From assembly GCA_963823335.1 (NCBI GenBank), contig CAWGLD010000001.1, forward strand, positions 1,024,001-1,088,000: a DNA stretch of 64,000 bases, written 5' to 3'. Positions 1-10,316 of the stretch are shown one piece after another. The notes beneath the pieces are model-generated. The model was not told where the DNA came from. It searched no databases and saw only the letters and a list, made by a program, of their open reading frames with translations. Made by a program: the position numbers and the translations under genes. Source of the DNA: an uncultured delta proteobacterium (lineage in GTDB: Bacteria; Desulfobacterota; Desulfobacteria; Desulfobacterales; B30-G6). Each line of letters opens with the position of its first letter. The stretch's first letter is position 1.

Positions 1-1158
1 TTGTGGATTCTTTGACAATGCGGCAGAGAAGAAATTTTCGCCCGGAATAAACAAGACAACGAATTCCGGCGTGGGCTTGAATTGTGTCCAGTAGGCTTTT
101 TGGGATAACTGGTTGATATGTGTTTTAATGTGCCTGGCGTGAGTTGTGAGACGCTCTTCTCTTTCCTCTTCTGAATCAGCCTCGAGGGCATCTATATAGG
201 CGACAAGAGGCACCTTGGCATCGATGATGATCTGTCGTTGACCCGGGAGCTGAATCACCATGTCAGGTCTCAAAAGACCCTCTTCGGAACGCGTGGAGGC
301 CTGTTCGAAAAAATCACAATGGTTTTGCATGCCGCTGAGTTCCGCAACACGTCGTAAGGTAATCTCACCCCATCGTCCACGAATATGCGGCACCCGCAGG
401 GCATTGACCAGTTTCCCGGTTTCTTTTTGCAAGATATCCTGGGTCTGAATCAGCGACTGAACCTGGGCAGACAGGCCCCCGTAAGCCTTTTCCCTGGACC
501 GTTCCATAGCCTGAATGTGCTCATCATAACGGTTGAGGGCTTCGTGGAGAGGCAGAATACTTTCTTTAACAGCCTTTCCGCGTGTTTCAAAGTCTGTCTT
601 AGCGGAGTCGATATATTTTGAAAATGTGGATTTGGCAAGATCAATGAAAATCTGATTGTTTTCCCTGAGGGCACCTGCAGAAAGGGCTTTGTATGTTTCT
701 GTCAAGCTGGTTCGGAGTTCCTGCAGCAATGACACTTTTTCGTCGAAAGAAGTCTTTTCTTTGTCTATGGTGGTTTTCAGGGTTGCTATCTGTTCCCTTG
801 ATTCGGAAATCGTTGCCCGAAGATCCACTAGCTCCTGCTCGCGTGTTTTGAGGGTGTTTTGAAGTGCCGCCATGTGCTCCAGCTTGCTTGACGCGGCGGA
901 CCGTTCTTGTGAAACTTGGAGCAACTGACTTGTTAGGGATTTTATCTCTACTTGAAAGTCCGCCGACCGGGTCTTGAAATCCTCGATTTCTTCCTTTTTA
1001 TTATGGAGTGTTTCCATGTGGGTCTCGGCTTCGGCTTTGCTTTTCACAAGCGAAGGTGTCAATCGGTATTTTGCCAAAAGCCATCCAAGCAGAAGCCCCA
1101 TGAGGGTAGCTGCGGTCAAGATGAGTGAGGTTTCAAGTACCGACAGATTCATAGACAT
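1..1158 (-). CDS. rmuC: DNA recombination protein RmuC (3' end runs off the window)
   Basis: Hand translation of the minus strand from ATG 1158, which overlaps the moaC stop as TGATG. N-terminal TM and coiled coil, then GRWGEITLRRVAELSGM, RPDMVIQLPG, IIIDAKVPL and TPEFVVLFIPGE, which are RmuC motifs. Confidence 0.9.
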   Translation of the reverse strand, partial: MSMNLSVLETSLILTAATLMGLLLGWLLAKYRLTPSLVKSKAEAETHMETLHNKKEEIEDFKTRSADFQVEIKSLTSQLLQVSQERSAASSKLEHMAALQNTLKTREQELVDLRATISESREQIATLKTTIDKEKTSFDEKVSLLQELRTSLTETYKALSAGALRENNQIFIDLAKSTFSKYIDSAKTDFETRGKAVKESILPLHEALNRYDEHIQAMERSREKAYGGLSAQVQSLIQTQDILQKETGKLVNALRVPHIRGRWGEITLRRVAELSGMQNHCDFFEQASTRSEEGLLRPDMVIQLPGQRQIIIDAKVPLVAYIDALEADSEEEREERLTTHARHIKTHINQLSQKAYWTQFKPTPEFVVLFIPGENFFSAALSKNPQ

Positions 1159-1655
1159 CATTTGTCCAGGTCAAGGGCTGTCCGACGAACAAAATCACCG
1201 CTCTTTCCGCCGGATTTTTTTAAGAGACAAACACTTGAAATATAAATATCTTTATCAAAAGACTTACACATATCGTAGATCGTCAGGGCTGCAATACAGA
1301 CTGCCGTGAGTGCTTCCATCTCGATACCTGTTTGGTCGACGATTCGCATCAGGGCCTCTATGCGAATCTCGTGTCGCTGTTTGTCCGGGAAAAAATCGAT
1401 TTGCGCATGAGTGATGTTGAGAGGATGACACATGGGTATAAGGGACGACGTTTTTTTGGCTGCCATAATACCGGCAATTCTGGCTGTTTCAAGCACGTTT
1501 CCCTTTTGGACATTCTGAGTGAGGATGCGATCGAAGGTGTCCGGTTGCATGTGGACAACAGCCTGAGCCAGAGCTTTGCGAAGCGACGGTTTTTTTTCGG
1601 TAACATCCACCATTCTGACCCGGCCCTTGGCGTCGATATGTGAAAAATCTGCCAT
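1158..1655 (-). CDS. moaC: Cyclic pyranopterin monophosphate synthase MoaC
   Basis: SHID..G...MVDV..K, LIPMCHPL, TGIEMEALT, TIYDMCK and KKSGGKSG motifs. Confidence 0.97.
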   Translation of the reverse strand: MADFSHIDAKGRVRMVDVTEKKPSLRKALAQAVVHMQPDTFDRILTQNVQKGNVLETARIAGIMAAKKTSSLIPMCHPLNITHAQIDFFPDKQRHEIRIEALMRIVDQTGIEMEALTAVCIAALTIYDMCKSFDKDIYISSVCLLKKSGGKSGDFVRRTALDLDK

Positions 1656-1700
1656 TTTATATCCTTATCTTGTAGCGTAAACTGATTGTAGAAGGATGCT

Positions 1701-2066
1701 TCATGTGTTTTTAAAAAATTCTGTTTTTTGGGTTGCTGTCGATTTAATGGCATCCAAGGTGTCCTTCAGGGTGTGGATCACATTTTCCCGTATGTCGCCC
1801 GCGACCACCAGATACATGACATCATCCCCCACAGACAGTATCTGGTCTTCCTTTATTTCCACGAGAATATCAATGATACCGGGATCCTGTTTGCGTTCTT
1901 GAATGATACTGCGCAGCCGGGTGTGATCCACATGTATCGTTAACCCCGTGACCGTCTTGCCATCACGTGAGGTGCTCCGGACAATTCCGTTGTGACATAG
2001 AATCATACCGGCCTTTGCATACTCCGGATGACGCTTTATTTTATGAAATAGCTGTTTGATTCCCAT
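1701..2066 (-). CDS. moaE: Short MoaE-like molybdopterin biosynthesis protein
   Basis: GMILCHNGIVR, VGDDVMYLVVAGDIRE and a C-terminal KTEF, located inside the Moco cluster. Confidence 0.8.
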   Translation of the reverse strand: MGIKQLFHKIKRHPEYAKAGMILCHNGIVRSTSRDGKTVTGLTIHVDHTRLRSIIQERKQDPGIIDILVEIKEDQILSVGDDVMYLVVAGDIRENVIHTLKDTLDAIKSTATQKTEFFKNT

Positions 2067-2667
2067 TTTCTTTGATCATCCTGTTTGCTTGTTCCAGATC
2101 TTCTGGTGTGTTGATGTTAAAAAACGAGACAAGATCGGAATCCATTTTTCGTAATACAGTTTCCGGGACTTCTTTTACCTTTAGTTTGCTGAAAAGATTC
2201 CGTATTTTGAGACTATCCTGCTCCAGGGCAGCCTGGACAGTTTGAAGACACCGCCGGGAATAAACAGCACACAAAGGTTCAATCCCAACACGTGTTCTCG
2301 GAATAACCACGTCAGCACTGGAATCGATATGCTGTATAATGGTTTTTACCAACGCCACTTTCAGGAAAGGGGTATCGCACGCCGCTATGAATGCATGCTC
2401 GGTGTTTGTATAAAACAAACCAGAGTGAATCCCGGTCAAGGAACTTCTTTTGGTATAGATATCCTTAGCGACGATGGCGTCCCATTCAAGATATGCTGTG
2501 GGATGATTGGAGACCAGGATGATTTCACTAAAGAGCTTTTCATAAACGGTCATCATCTGCTCGATGATACGTTTGTCTCCCACGAGGAGGTTCGATTTTT
2601 CGACACTGTTCAGCCTTTTGCTTTCGCCTCCCGCCAATATGATACCAGTGCACATTTGCTGTGTCAT
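2041..2667 (-). CDS. mobA: Molybdenum cofactor guanylyltransferase
   Basis: ILAGGESKR, ACDTPF, EPLCAVY and FFNINTPEDL motifs. Confidence 0.95.
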   Translation of the reverse strand: MTQQMCTGIILAGGESKRLNSVEKSNLLVGDKRIIEQMMTVYEKLFSEIILVSNHPTAYLEWDAIVAKDIYTKRSSLTGIHSGLFYTNTEHAFIAACDTPFLKVALVKTIIQHIDSSADVVIPRTRVGIEPLCAVYSRRCLQTVQAALEQDSLKIRNLFSKLKVKEVPETVLRKMDSDLVSFFNINTPEDLEQANRMIKENGNQTAIS

Positions 2668-2976
2668 CGGAAAAAATTCAGTGATTTTATGCCAAACAAT
2701 ACGCTGAATCAGCGTGATGCCGCTTTCACCTAAGTGGCTTGTTTATATTTAGGTTTCAGGTAAAAAATTATCAACCCGACCAAGCATCCACATTAAAAGA
2801 CAACCGGTTTAAAATCAAGGCCAGAATTTTATTGTTTTCCGAGGTGTTCCGTGCGAGTCGACAATCAATGCTACGTTTTTATTTGTCAATTGAAGAAGAG
2901 GTGGTCTATATTGTGAGAACACCAGATCTTGGGATTGAGTACTACCGATCACAGGCGACACCACAAAGGAGAGAGG

Positions 2977-3483
2977 ATGGGGACAAAAGAACATAAAAAA
3001 GACACATTGAAAGTACTTAAGATAGCCATCATATCGGTGTCAAGTACACGAACGATCGCCGAAGATGACAGTGGTTTATGGATGAAGAAAAGGTCTGAAA
3101 AGGAAGGGCATACCGTCGTTTTGCACAGGGTTGTCCCGGATGACAAAAGACACATTGCAGCAGCTTTGTCTGAGGCTATCAAGCTGGCGGGTGCCCAGGC
3201 GATCTTGTTAACGGGGGGTACAGGCATCAGCAGTAAAGATGTGACCATTGAAGCTGTATCGCCCTTGTTTCAAAAAGAACTTACGGCCTTTGGACCTGTA
3301 TTTGCACAATTAAGTTTAGAAAAAATTGATTCCGCTGCCATTATGTCCCGTGCTACTGCTGGGATTGTCGGCAGGACGGCAGTTTTTTGCATGCCCGGCA
3401 GCCTCAGGGCCTGCAAGCTTGCCTGCAAGGCCTTAATTTTTCCAGAACTGGGGCATCTCCTCAAACACATATACCATGGTTAA
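2977..3483 (+). CDS. moaB: MoaB/MogA molybdopterin adenylyltransferase family
   Basis: VPDD, TGGTG...DVTIEA, SRATAG and FCMPGS motifs. ATG 2977 follows an AAGGAG RBS. Confidence 0.9.
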   Translation: MGTKEHKKDTLKVLKIAIISVSSTRTIAEDDSGLWMKKRSEKEGHTVVLHRVVPDDKRHIAAALSEAIKLAGAQAILLTGGTGISSKDVTIEAVSPLFQKELTAFGPVFAQLSLEKIDSAAIMSRATAGIVGRTAVFCMPGSLRACKLACKALIFPELGHLLKHIYHG

Positions 3484-3519
3484 AAACAGCTTTAGAGATA
3501 GGGACTTTAATTTTTGAAA

Positions 3520-4866
3520 ATGAAAAACGCTGCCTGTTCCGCAACGAACCAAAAATGGTTGACAGCTGTTGTGGCCAATCCTGCTGGGGAGATCTTTGAA
3601 CTGGATGGATATGCCGCGGTGGGTATGTCAGGGACGGCCTTGAAACCCTTAGTGGTGGATGAAACGATGCCGATACCTTTCGGCAGCGAGCTGATGCTCT
3701 TGCCCGAGCGGACGCCGATGCTGTATCATGTGCAGAGCAGACAGTTTGAAGTGATGACACACAACCCCTATCTTCCCTCAGAGAGGATATATCCTGTGGC
3801 GGCATTTAACTCTCCCGGATATATTGTCACACATGCCAGTGGCTATCAGGCCACCAAACACGTCAAATCTCTGCCGCTCTTTTCATATGGAGCGGTGGGC
3901 TGGCACCAGGACATGTTCCGATCCGCCGTTATATGTGTCGACGAGGAAAGACGGCAAGACCTCCGGCTGATGAAGAAAGGTGATGTTCTTGCGGGCGTGG
4001 AAGGCATGCGCAAAAAACTACCCGGCAACCGGTTGAGAGAGCATCTTGAAACGTGTGCACTGGTCTATGGATGTCCTGCAGGGAAAAATTTTTTCCTGAG
4101 CCGATACGAGGCGCCCTTGCCAACAGCAGGGGCTTGCAATGCCAGCTGTCTGGGGTGTTTGTCTCTTCAAAAAGATGAGGAGATACCCTGCAGTCAGGAA
4201 AGGATATCGTTTACACCGCGACCGGAGGAAATTGCAGCGGTCGCCCTGACCCATATAGAAAATGTTGCCAAAGGCATCGTCAGCTTTGGTCAGGGTTGTG
4301 AAGGGGATCCCTTGCTGGCGACCCATGTCATAGAACCGGCCGTCCATCTGATACGTTCCAAAACAGATCAGGGTACGATCCATGTGAATACCAACGGCAG
4401 TCTCACCAAAGAACTCGAACGCTTAATTTCGGCCGGCATCGACAGTGTTCGAATCAGCATCAACAGTTTCAGAGAAAAGTGGTATCATGCCTACTTTCGA
4501 CCAAGGGGTTATGATTTTTCCGATGTCATGAACAGTATTGGGCTTTCTTTGGAGAGAGGTCTCTATGTTTCGATCAATTATCTGAACATGCCCGGTCTAA
4601 CCGACACACCGGAAGAGATTGAAAACCTGTTTTCATTTCTAAAGAGCCATCCGATTCATCGGATTCAGTGGAGAAACCTGAATTTTGATCCTCTTCGTTA
4701 TTATGAGACCATGCACCGTGCTGCGTCATGTGGAGACGCGCTAGGTGTTTCGTACTTGCTCAAGCGTATCCAAAAGGCATTTCCCGACCTGTCTTTTGGA
4801 TACTTTAATCCGCCCAAGGAAGAATGGGGCTTTATCAAAACGATAGACCATAAAACAATGTCATGA
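3520..4866 (+). CDS. Radical SAM protein of unknown function with an N-terminal extension
   Basis: CNASCLGC (CxxxCxxC), SFGQGCEGDP and NTNGS motifs. Confidence 0.85.
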   Translation: MKNAACSATNQKWLTAVVANPAGEIFELDGYAAVGMSGTALKPLVVDETMPIPFGSELMLLPERTPMLYHVQSRQFEVMTHNPYLPSERIYPVAAFNSPGYIVTHASGYQATKHVKSLPLFSYGAVGWHQDMFRSAVICVDEERRQDLRLMKKGDVLAGVEGMRKKLPGNRLREHLETCALVYGCPAGKNFFLSRYEAPLPTAGACNASCLGCLSLQKDEEIPCSQERISFTPRPEEIAAVALTHIENVAKGIVSFGQGCEGDPLLATHVIEPAVHLIRSKTDQGTIHVNTNGSLTKELERLISAGIDSVRISINSFREKWYHAYFRPRGYDFSDVMNSIGLSLERGLYVSINYLNMPGLTDTPEEIENLFSFLKSHPIHRIQWRNLNFDPLRYYETMHRAASCGDALGVSYLLKRIQKAFPDLSFGYFNPPKEEWGFIKTIDHKTMS

Positions 4867-5798
4867 AATGGATAGCGGCAAAAATTATTTTTGGCCATGA
4901 GAATACGCAGCTCGCGACGGATTTGATTGCAGATGTGTTCTACGGTCTTGGCTTGAAAGGTGTCGAGATCGAGGGCCAGGATCTCGAACCGGAAGAAGGG
5001 TGGGGTGAGGCTGCTTGCAGGGGGTCCTTGCAACACGCTGTTATCGGGTTTTTTCCGGATACGCCACAATCGATCCAAAAGCTAAATGAGCTGGAGCAAA
5101 AGATTCGGTCTTTGGAACATACCTTCGGGATTCGCAGTCGCAAAGAATACCGACAGATAGATGAAGAAGATTGGGCTGAATCCTGGAAGGCATTTTTTTG
5201 GCCCCAGCGCATTACTCCCAGGATAGCGGTTAAACCGACCTGGCGAGAGTACAAGGCTGAATCCGATGAAATTGTGCTGGAAATCGATCCCGGCATGGCA
5301 TTTGGTACCGGGACACACCCGACAACATCATTATGCATCGCGCTCATAGAAAGATATCTCTCGACAGGAGCTGCTTTCTTGGATGTTGGAACAGGATCGG
5401 GAATATTAATGGTTGCAGCTGCCAAGCTGGGTGCAGGCAGACTTGTCGGTATTGATAATGATGAGATTTCCCTGGGAATAGCGGAAAAGAATCTTCAATT
5501 GAACCATATAAGCCCATCATGTTTTGAATTAAAGGCCGGAAACCTAGCAGATGGTATTGATGGTCGATTTGACCTTATCGTGGCCAACATTTTATCGGAA
5601 GCGATTTTAAACCTTCTTGAAACGATTCGCCGGCAAATGCTGCCAAAGAGTGTCTTGATCTGTTCGGGTATTTATAAGGATCGTTGTGGAGATGTTTTGA
5701 AAAAGATGCAGCAACAGGGTCTGAAAATTATAGAAGAGCGGCATGAGGACAGCTGGGTAGCGATTGCCTGCACCAACCCGGATTCCTCAGCGGCCTGA
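4863..5798 (+). CDS. prmA: Ribosomal protein L11 methyltransferase
   Basis: EEDWAESWK, IDPGMAFGTGTHPTT, LDVGTGSGIL and ANIL motifs. Confidence 0.96.
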   Translation: MKWIAAKIIFGHENTQLATDLIADVFYGLGLKGVEIEGQDLEPEEGWGEAACRGSLQHAVIGFFPDTPQSIQKLNELEQKIRSLEHTFGIRSRKEYRQIDEEDWAESWKAFFWPQRITPRIAVKPTWREYKAESDEIVLEIDPGMAFGTGTHPTTSLCIALIERYLSTGAAFLDVGTGSGILMVAAAKLGAGRLVGIDNDEISLGIAEKNLQLNHISPSCFELKAGNLADGIDGRFDLIVANILSEAILNLLETIRRQMLPKSVLICSGIYKDRCGDVLKKMQQQGLKIIEERHEDSWVAIACTNPDSSAA

Positions 5799-5917
5799 TA
5801 CGCCCATTTGGGGCGTTATCCGAGGATTGCAGTTTCAAGTATGTTGTTGAGGACTTTAAACGAGGACCCAACGCAGGATTTGGGCCAAAAGACATTTTTA
5901 ATATAGCTTCTATATAT

Positions 5918-6889
5918 TCATCCGGAAATGTGGACCACTTCCGAAACCGGCACAAACCGGACCTTTTGTTTCAGATCAGGCAGTGCGGTCTTTAGCACCT
6001 GATAGGTTTTTGTATAGGGGTGTGCAATTCCGATGGCCTCGCCGTGTGCGGTTGCTATACGAACAAGCTCATAAAGCTGTTTCTTGATGAAGTCTTTGTC
6101 TTGAAAATGATCAATAAAAACATCTCGTTCTCCAAAGGGTAGCTGTAAGAGATCCGCCGAAGGACGACAGATCGTTTTTTCTGTTGTCCGGCTGTCAATG
6201 AAATAAAGGTTACGCTGTTTCAGTACTGAGAAAACCTGGCGCATTTGAGAGGAGCTGGCTGTCATTTTTGAGCCCATGTGGTTGTTGACGCCTGACACAA
6301 AAGGCATGTCCTCGAGGTTCTGAATGAGCTGTTGAACCAGTTCGTCCGGTGTCATGCTTGTCAGCAGCGTGCCCGGGCCCGGGTTGATTCGTGGATATTC
6401 AAAGGGCTCCATGGGCTGGTGAAGCATGATTTCGACATGGTTCTTTCGGGCCTCGCCAAGAATGCTTTTTGTAAAGGGACTCTTTGGGAGCATCGAGAGT
6501 GTAATGGGAAGATTTAAACTGAGAAATTTTTTTACGACGGCACGATCATAACCGATATCATCTATAATGATGGCGATTCGTGGTGTCTTTTCCAGCGGTG
6601 CTGTTTTAGCCGGCTTTTTTTCTTTTGGCAGAGGGATATCCTTTTCAGGATATATCTCAAATTGAAGGTCAGGTGTGTGGTGCCGCCCTTTTTCAAAACT
6701 GCCTTCAATCATCGTGACGGGGCGTCTCTTTGAGAGAAGGTGCTGTGTCAGGGTGCCAGCTAGGACGATAAGAACGAGTAACACGGCCAGACCCAGCGGA
6801 ATCTTAATAAACTGTCGAAGCTGATTTTTCTTTTTGGCGGTTTTAGCTTTTCTTGCGACGGTTCTTTTTTTGCGTCGCTTACTTGGCAT
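5918..6889 (-). CDS. Divergent polysaccharide deacetylase (YibQ-like)
   Basis: IAIIIDDIG, LHQPMEP, GVNNHMGS, FIDSRT, RDVFID and IAHP motifs, plus an N-terminal TM. Confidence 0.92.
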   Translation of the reverse strand: MPSKRRKKRTVARKAKTAKKKNQLRQFIKIPLGLAVLLVLIVLAGTLTQHLLSKRRPVTMIEGSFEKGRHHTPDLQFEIYPEKDIPLPKEKKPAKTAPLEKTPRIAIIIDDIGYDRAVVKKFLSLNLPITLSMLPKSPFTKSILGEARKNHVEIMLHQPMEPFEYPRINPGPGTLLTSMTPDELVQQLIQNLEDMPFVSGVNNHMGSKMTASSSQMRQVFSVLKQRNLYFIDSRTTEKTICRPSADLLQLPFGERDVFIDHFQDKDFIKKQLYELVRIATAHGEAIGIAHPYTKTYQVLKTALPDLKQKVRFVPVSEVVHISG

Positions 6890-8219
6890 TGGTTAAATCT
6901 TTGAAAATGTCATAGCTGATCAGGAGCTCCAATGCGCGCATTACTTGGTTGTCATTCTGAATGTTTTCCAGCAGTATCGCATTCGGTTTCGTCAAATCTT
7001 TCTCTGGTTCGTCAATCTGCTTTTTTGTGTCTTTCAAGGGCTTGGCATCTAAATGATTTCTAAGATCCTTTTCTTTCAGCAACCCATCCAAGGGGTTGGG
7101 GACATCGCCATTATCGATACTCATTTTATGCACAATGATATCAGGCACGATACCGGTGGCCTGAATCGACTTACCACTGGGAGTATAATACCGTGCGATG
7201 GTAAATTTGATGCCATAACCGTCTCTCAGCGATTCAACCGTTTGGACGGAGCCCTTGCCAAAAGTCTGGGTTCCCAGCAGCAGCGCTCGTTTATGGTCTT
7301 TTAATGCGCCGGCGACGATTTCTGAGGCGCTGGCACTGCCACCGTTGATAAGGATGATGATGGGGTAGCTTATCGGGGTGTCGCTGGGATGTGCATTATA
7401 AACATTGTTGTGTTTATCGAGTCGGCCTTTGATCGTTAGGATAATACCTTCTTCGATAAAAAGATCTGACACGGAGATGGCCTGGGAGAGTATGCCGCCC
7501 GGATTATCTCTTAAGTCGAGCACGAGTCCTTTTAATGGCCCGGCGCTGCTTTCGAGATCTTGCAGTGCCGTTGCTACATCATCGGTGGTCTGTTCTCTGA
7601 AATTGGTGATCCGAACGTATCCGTAGCCAGGTTCTAAATTGACGGCTTTGACGCTCTCGATGGGAATAACATCCCGGATCAATGTAAATTCAAGCGGTTC
7701 TTTTGCCGTCTCCCTGACGATCGTTATTATGACGGTGGTGCCCTTGGGTCCCCTCATGCGATTGACCGCGTCTCGCAAATCCGTGGTCGCAACGCCGTCG
7801 ACTTTCAAGATTTTATCCATTGCCTTGATGCCGGCTCCGTATGCCGGGGTTCCTTCAATCGGCGAAACGACCGTGACAAAACCATCCCGCATGGTGACAT
7901 GGATACCGATCCCTGTAAATCTACCCTCGGTATCGATCCGTAATTCTTCATAAGCCTCCGGTGGAAGTAAGGCGGAATGCGGGTCTAGACTACTGACCAT
8001 TCCCTGAATCGCTTTTTCTATGAGGTCCTTTGGCTCTACAGGGTCAACGTAGTTTTTTTGTATAATTTCAATAACGTCTGAAAATACCTTTAAGCCCTTG
8101 TATGTTTCGTCGCTATCTGCGGAAAGTTTATGGTAGAACCCGGCCCCCGCGGTCGAGAAAACAATGGTTACGACAAGAACGAGCCACAATTTTGTGCGGC
8201 TATATCGGTCACCTGTCAT
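6879..8219 (-). CDS. ctpA: S41 carboxy-terminal processing protease
   Basis: LDPHS, a PDZ domain, LDLRDNPGG, SASASEI and TFGKGSVQ. Start 8219 follows an AAGGAG RBS. Confidence 0.95.
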   Translation of the reverse strand: MTGDRYSRTKLWLVLVVTIVFSTAGAGFYHKLSADSDETYKGLKVFSDVIEIIQKNYVDPVEPKDLIEKAIQGMVSSLDPHSALLPPEAYEELRIDTEGRFTGIGIHVTMRDGFVTVVSPIEGTPAYGAGIKAMDKILKVDGVATTDLRDAVNRMRGPKGTTVIITIVRETAKEPLEFTLIRDVIPIESVKAVNLEPGYGYVRITNFREQTTDDVATALQDLESSAGPLKGLVLDLRDNPGGILSQAISVSDLFIEEGIILTIKGRLDKHNNVYNAHPSDTPISYPIIILINGGSASASEIVAGALKDHKRALLLGTQTFGKGSVQTVESLRDGYGIKFTIARYYTPSGKSIQATGIVPDIIVHKMSIDNGDVPNPLDGLLKEKDLRNHLDAKPLKDTKKQIDEPEKDLTKPNAILLENIQNDNQVMRALELLISYDIFKDLTNAK

Positions 8220-8230
8220 TACAGCTCCTT

Positions 8231-9409
8231 TTATCCCTTGTTGATCCAAGGGGTCGGATCGATAGGTTTACCATGATAGCGGACTTCAAAATGAAGACCG
8301 GGTGTTGCCATGGAACCGGTATCGCCAACAGTGGCGATAACCTCCCCCGCCTCAACGAGATCCCCTTTTTTTTTAAAAAGTTCTTCAGCATGCGCATAAA
8401 GGGTGTAATAGTGGTCGCCATGATCAATGATTATCATATTGCCGTAACCTTTGAACCAGTTGGCATATAGCGTTTTACCCTTGTATACGGCGAGTATGGG
8501 CTCCCCTCTTTCAGCGCGGATATTGATACCGCTTCTGAAGTTAACGAGGTTGAACTCGGTGTTTGTGTAGGGTCCGAAGAATTCAACTATCTTACCGTTT
8601 ACCGGCATGATTAGCAACCCTTTTAAGTCCGTAAAGACAGTCGGTGATGAATCAGCATAGGGGCGTTTTCCAGGGTTTTCCTTTTTAAAGTCGCTGAAGG
8701 TTGTATTCAGGGCTTCTGCTGATTGCTTCAAAGATTCGATCGCTGCCAGCGTCAGTGTTTTTTTGCTGCGAATATTCTTCAACAGCTGAGCTCTTTTTTG
8801 CCGTTTCTGCGTCAGTTCCTGGATTTGAACGTTCAATTGTTGTTCGAGAGTCATTTTCTGCTTTTTTTGTATATCCAGATCCTGGCGAACCAAAGACAGC
8901 TCGTTCTGGCTTTCCTGTAGGACTTCAAGAAACATTTCATCCTGATGGAGAATCTTTTCCAATGCGATTTTCCGATGAAAAAAATCGTAAAGAGAGTCCG
9001 TAGAAGCCAGCAGGTTGAATTTTCCGATCTGATTTAGTTTGTAAAGGGCAACGATGCGCTGGGAGGCATATTTTTCATTTTGCAGTATCTTTTTTTCAAA
9101 CGCCCTGGACCTGTCCGTGTTTTCATTAATCAGCTGATCTATCTTATTGATATCTTTTTGTATAAGAAATATCGTCTGTCTGGCATCATTTAGGTCAAAG
9201 TTCAGGTTTTCCAGCTCCTCAATGATCTTGGTTTCTTTTTCTGTAATCGATACGATTTCTTTTTTATGGGCCTCGATCTCTTCGGGATGCACCAAAAGAG
9301 GATTGGAAAGCAACCAAGCCATCACGAGAAAGGAAAATACCGGGACCTTTCTTGTTGGGCGCAAAATAAAACACCAGGCTTGCAATACGGATATGGACAA
9401 AGAAGACAT
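8231..9409 (-). CDS. envC: Murein hydrolase activator EnvC family (coiled coil + M23)
   Basis: Long coiled coil followed by GYGNMIIIDHG...YAH...LHFEVR, directly downstream of ftsEX. Confidence 0.9.
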   Translation of the reverse strand: MSSLSISVLQAWCFILRPTRKVPVFSFLVMAWLLSNPLLVHPEEIEAHKKEIVSITEKETKIIEELENLNFDLNDARQTIFLIQKDINKIDQLINENTDRSRAFEKKILQNEKYASQRIVALYKLNQIGKFNLLASTDSLYDFFHRKIALEKILHQDEMFLEVLQESQNELSLVRQDLDIQKKQKMTLEQQLNVQIQELTQKRQKRAQLLKNIRSKKTLTLAAIESLKQSAEALNTTFSDFKKENPGKRPYADSSPTVFTDLKGLLIMPVNGKIVEFFGPYTNTEFNLVNFRSGINIRAERGEPILAVYKGKTLYANWFKGYGNMIIIDHGDHYYTLYAHAEELFKKKGDLVEAGEVIATVGDTGSMATPGLHFEVRYHGKPIDPTPWINKG

Positions 9410-10290
9410 TAGTTTTTTAGAAACTGTTTAAGAGACAGGTAACAACCGAGTAATCCCACCAGCATGCTGCCGCCGACAAAAAGAAAAAATTGCCCTATGG
9501 AGAGAAACTTGATTTCAAACAATCCCAGAGACAAGCTGGAGGTAAAGTTTGACGACACAAACTGATACGCGGCAAACAGGGCCGTCAGTCCGACAATGCC
9601 ACCAAGGGCGCTGAGAATAAGTCCTTCGATATAAAAAGGTGCCTTGATGAAGCGATCATTGGAGCCCACCAGACGCATGATTTCAATTTCTTCTTTTCTG
9701 GAGTAAAGAACGAGTCGGATCGTGTTGGCGATGATGAACAGTGTTGCGATTAGAAAAAGGCCTCCCATGGCATATCCGATGAACTTGAATATATTGATGA
9801 TCTGGGAAAATTTTGCAATCCAGTGTTGCCCATACTCTACTTCTTCAACCTGGGGAAGAGATTTAATTTTTTCGGCAAGTACCGCCACTTTGCTCAAATC
9901 ACGCGAGGCATCGATGATACGGACCTCAAAAGCATCCGGCAATGGGTTTTCCTTGAGGTTCTCAAGCAGGGAAGAATGGTTCTTCATCTGGTCTTTCAGG
10001 TGTTTGAGGGCGGTCTCTTTGGAAATGAAGTGGGTTTCCTGCACGTTTTCCATTTGTTGAATCTGATAGCGCAGATCCAGTCGGTTGGATTCTGTTGCTT
10101 GCGGTGAAAGGTATACAAGGACGCGGATTCCTTTTCTCCAGGAGTCCAATAATGCATTGGCATTGATAAAAAAAAGAGCAAAAGAGCTGACAATCAATAT
10201 CGAAAGGCCAATGGTCACAATGGTTACAGAATTTAGAAAGCGGTTGCTCAAGATATCTTGAAAGGCTTTTCTGAAAAAAAGCGTAATCAT
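9409..10290 (-). CDS. ftsX: Cell division permease FtsX
   Basis: Four TMs, NPLPDAF, NTIRL...RKEEIEIMRLVG and PFYIEG. Confidence 0.96.
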   Translation of the reverse strand: MITLFFRKAFQDILSNRFLNSVTIVTIGLSILIVSSFALFFINANALLDSWRKGIRVLVYLSPQATESNRLDLRYQIQQMENVQETHFISKETALKHLKDQMKNHSSLLENLKENPLPDAFEVRIIDASRDLSKVAVLAEKIKSLPQVEEVEYGQHWIAKFSQIINIFKFIGYAMGGLFLIATLFIIANTIRLVLYSRKEEIEIMRLVGSNDRFIKAPFYIEGLILSALGGIVGLTALFAAYQFVSSNFTSSLSLGLFEIKFLSIGQFFLFVGGSMLVGLLGCYLSLKQFLKN

Positions 10291-10316
10291 ATTTTCTCGC
10301 TCAGAAAAAAGACAGC

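Noticed and set aside
2668-2976. Moco riboswitch or ModE box between mobA and moaB
   Set aside because: No recognisable consensus elements by eye.
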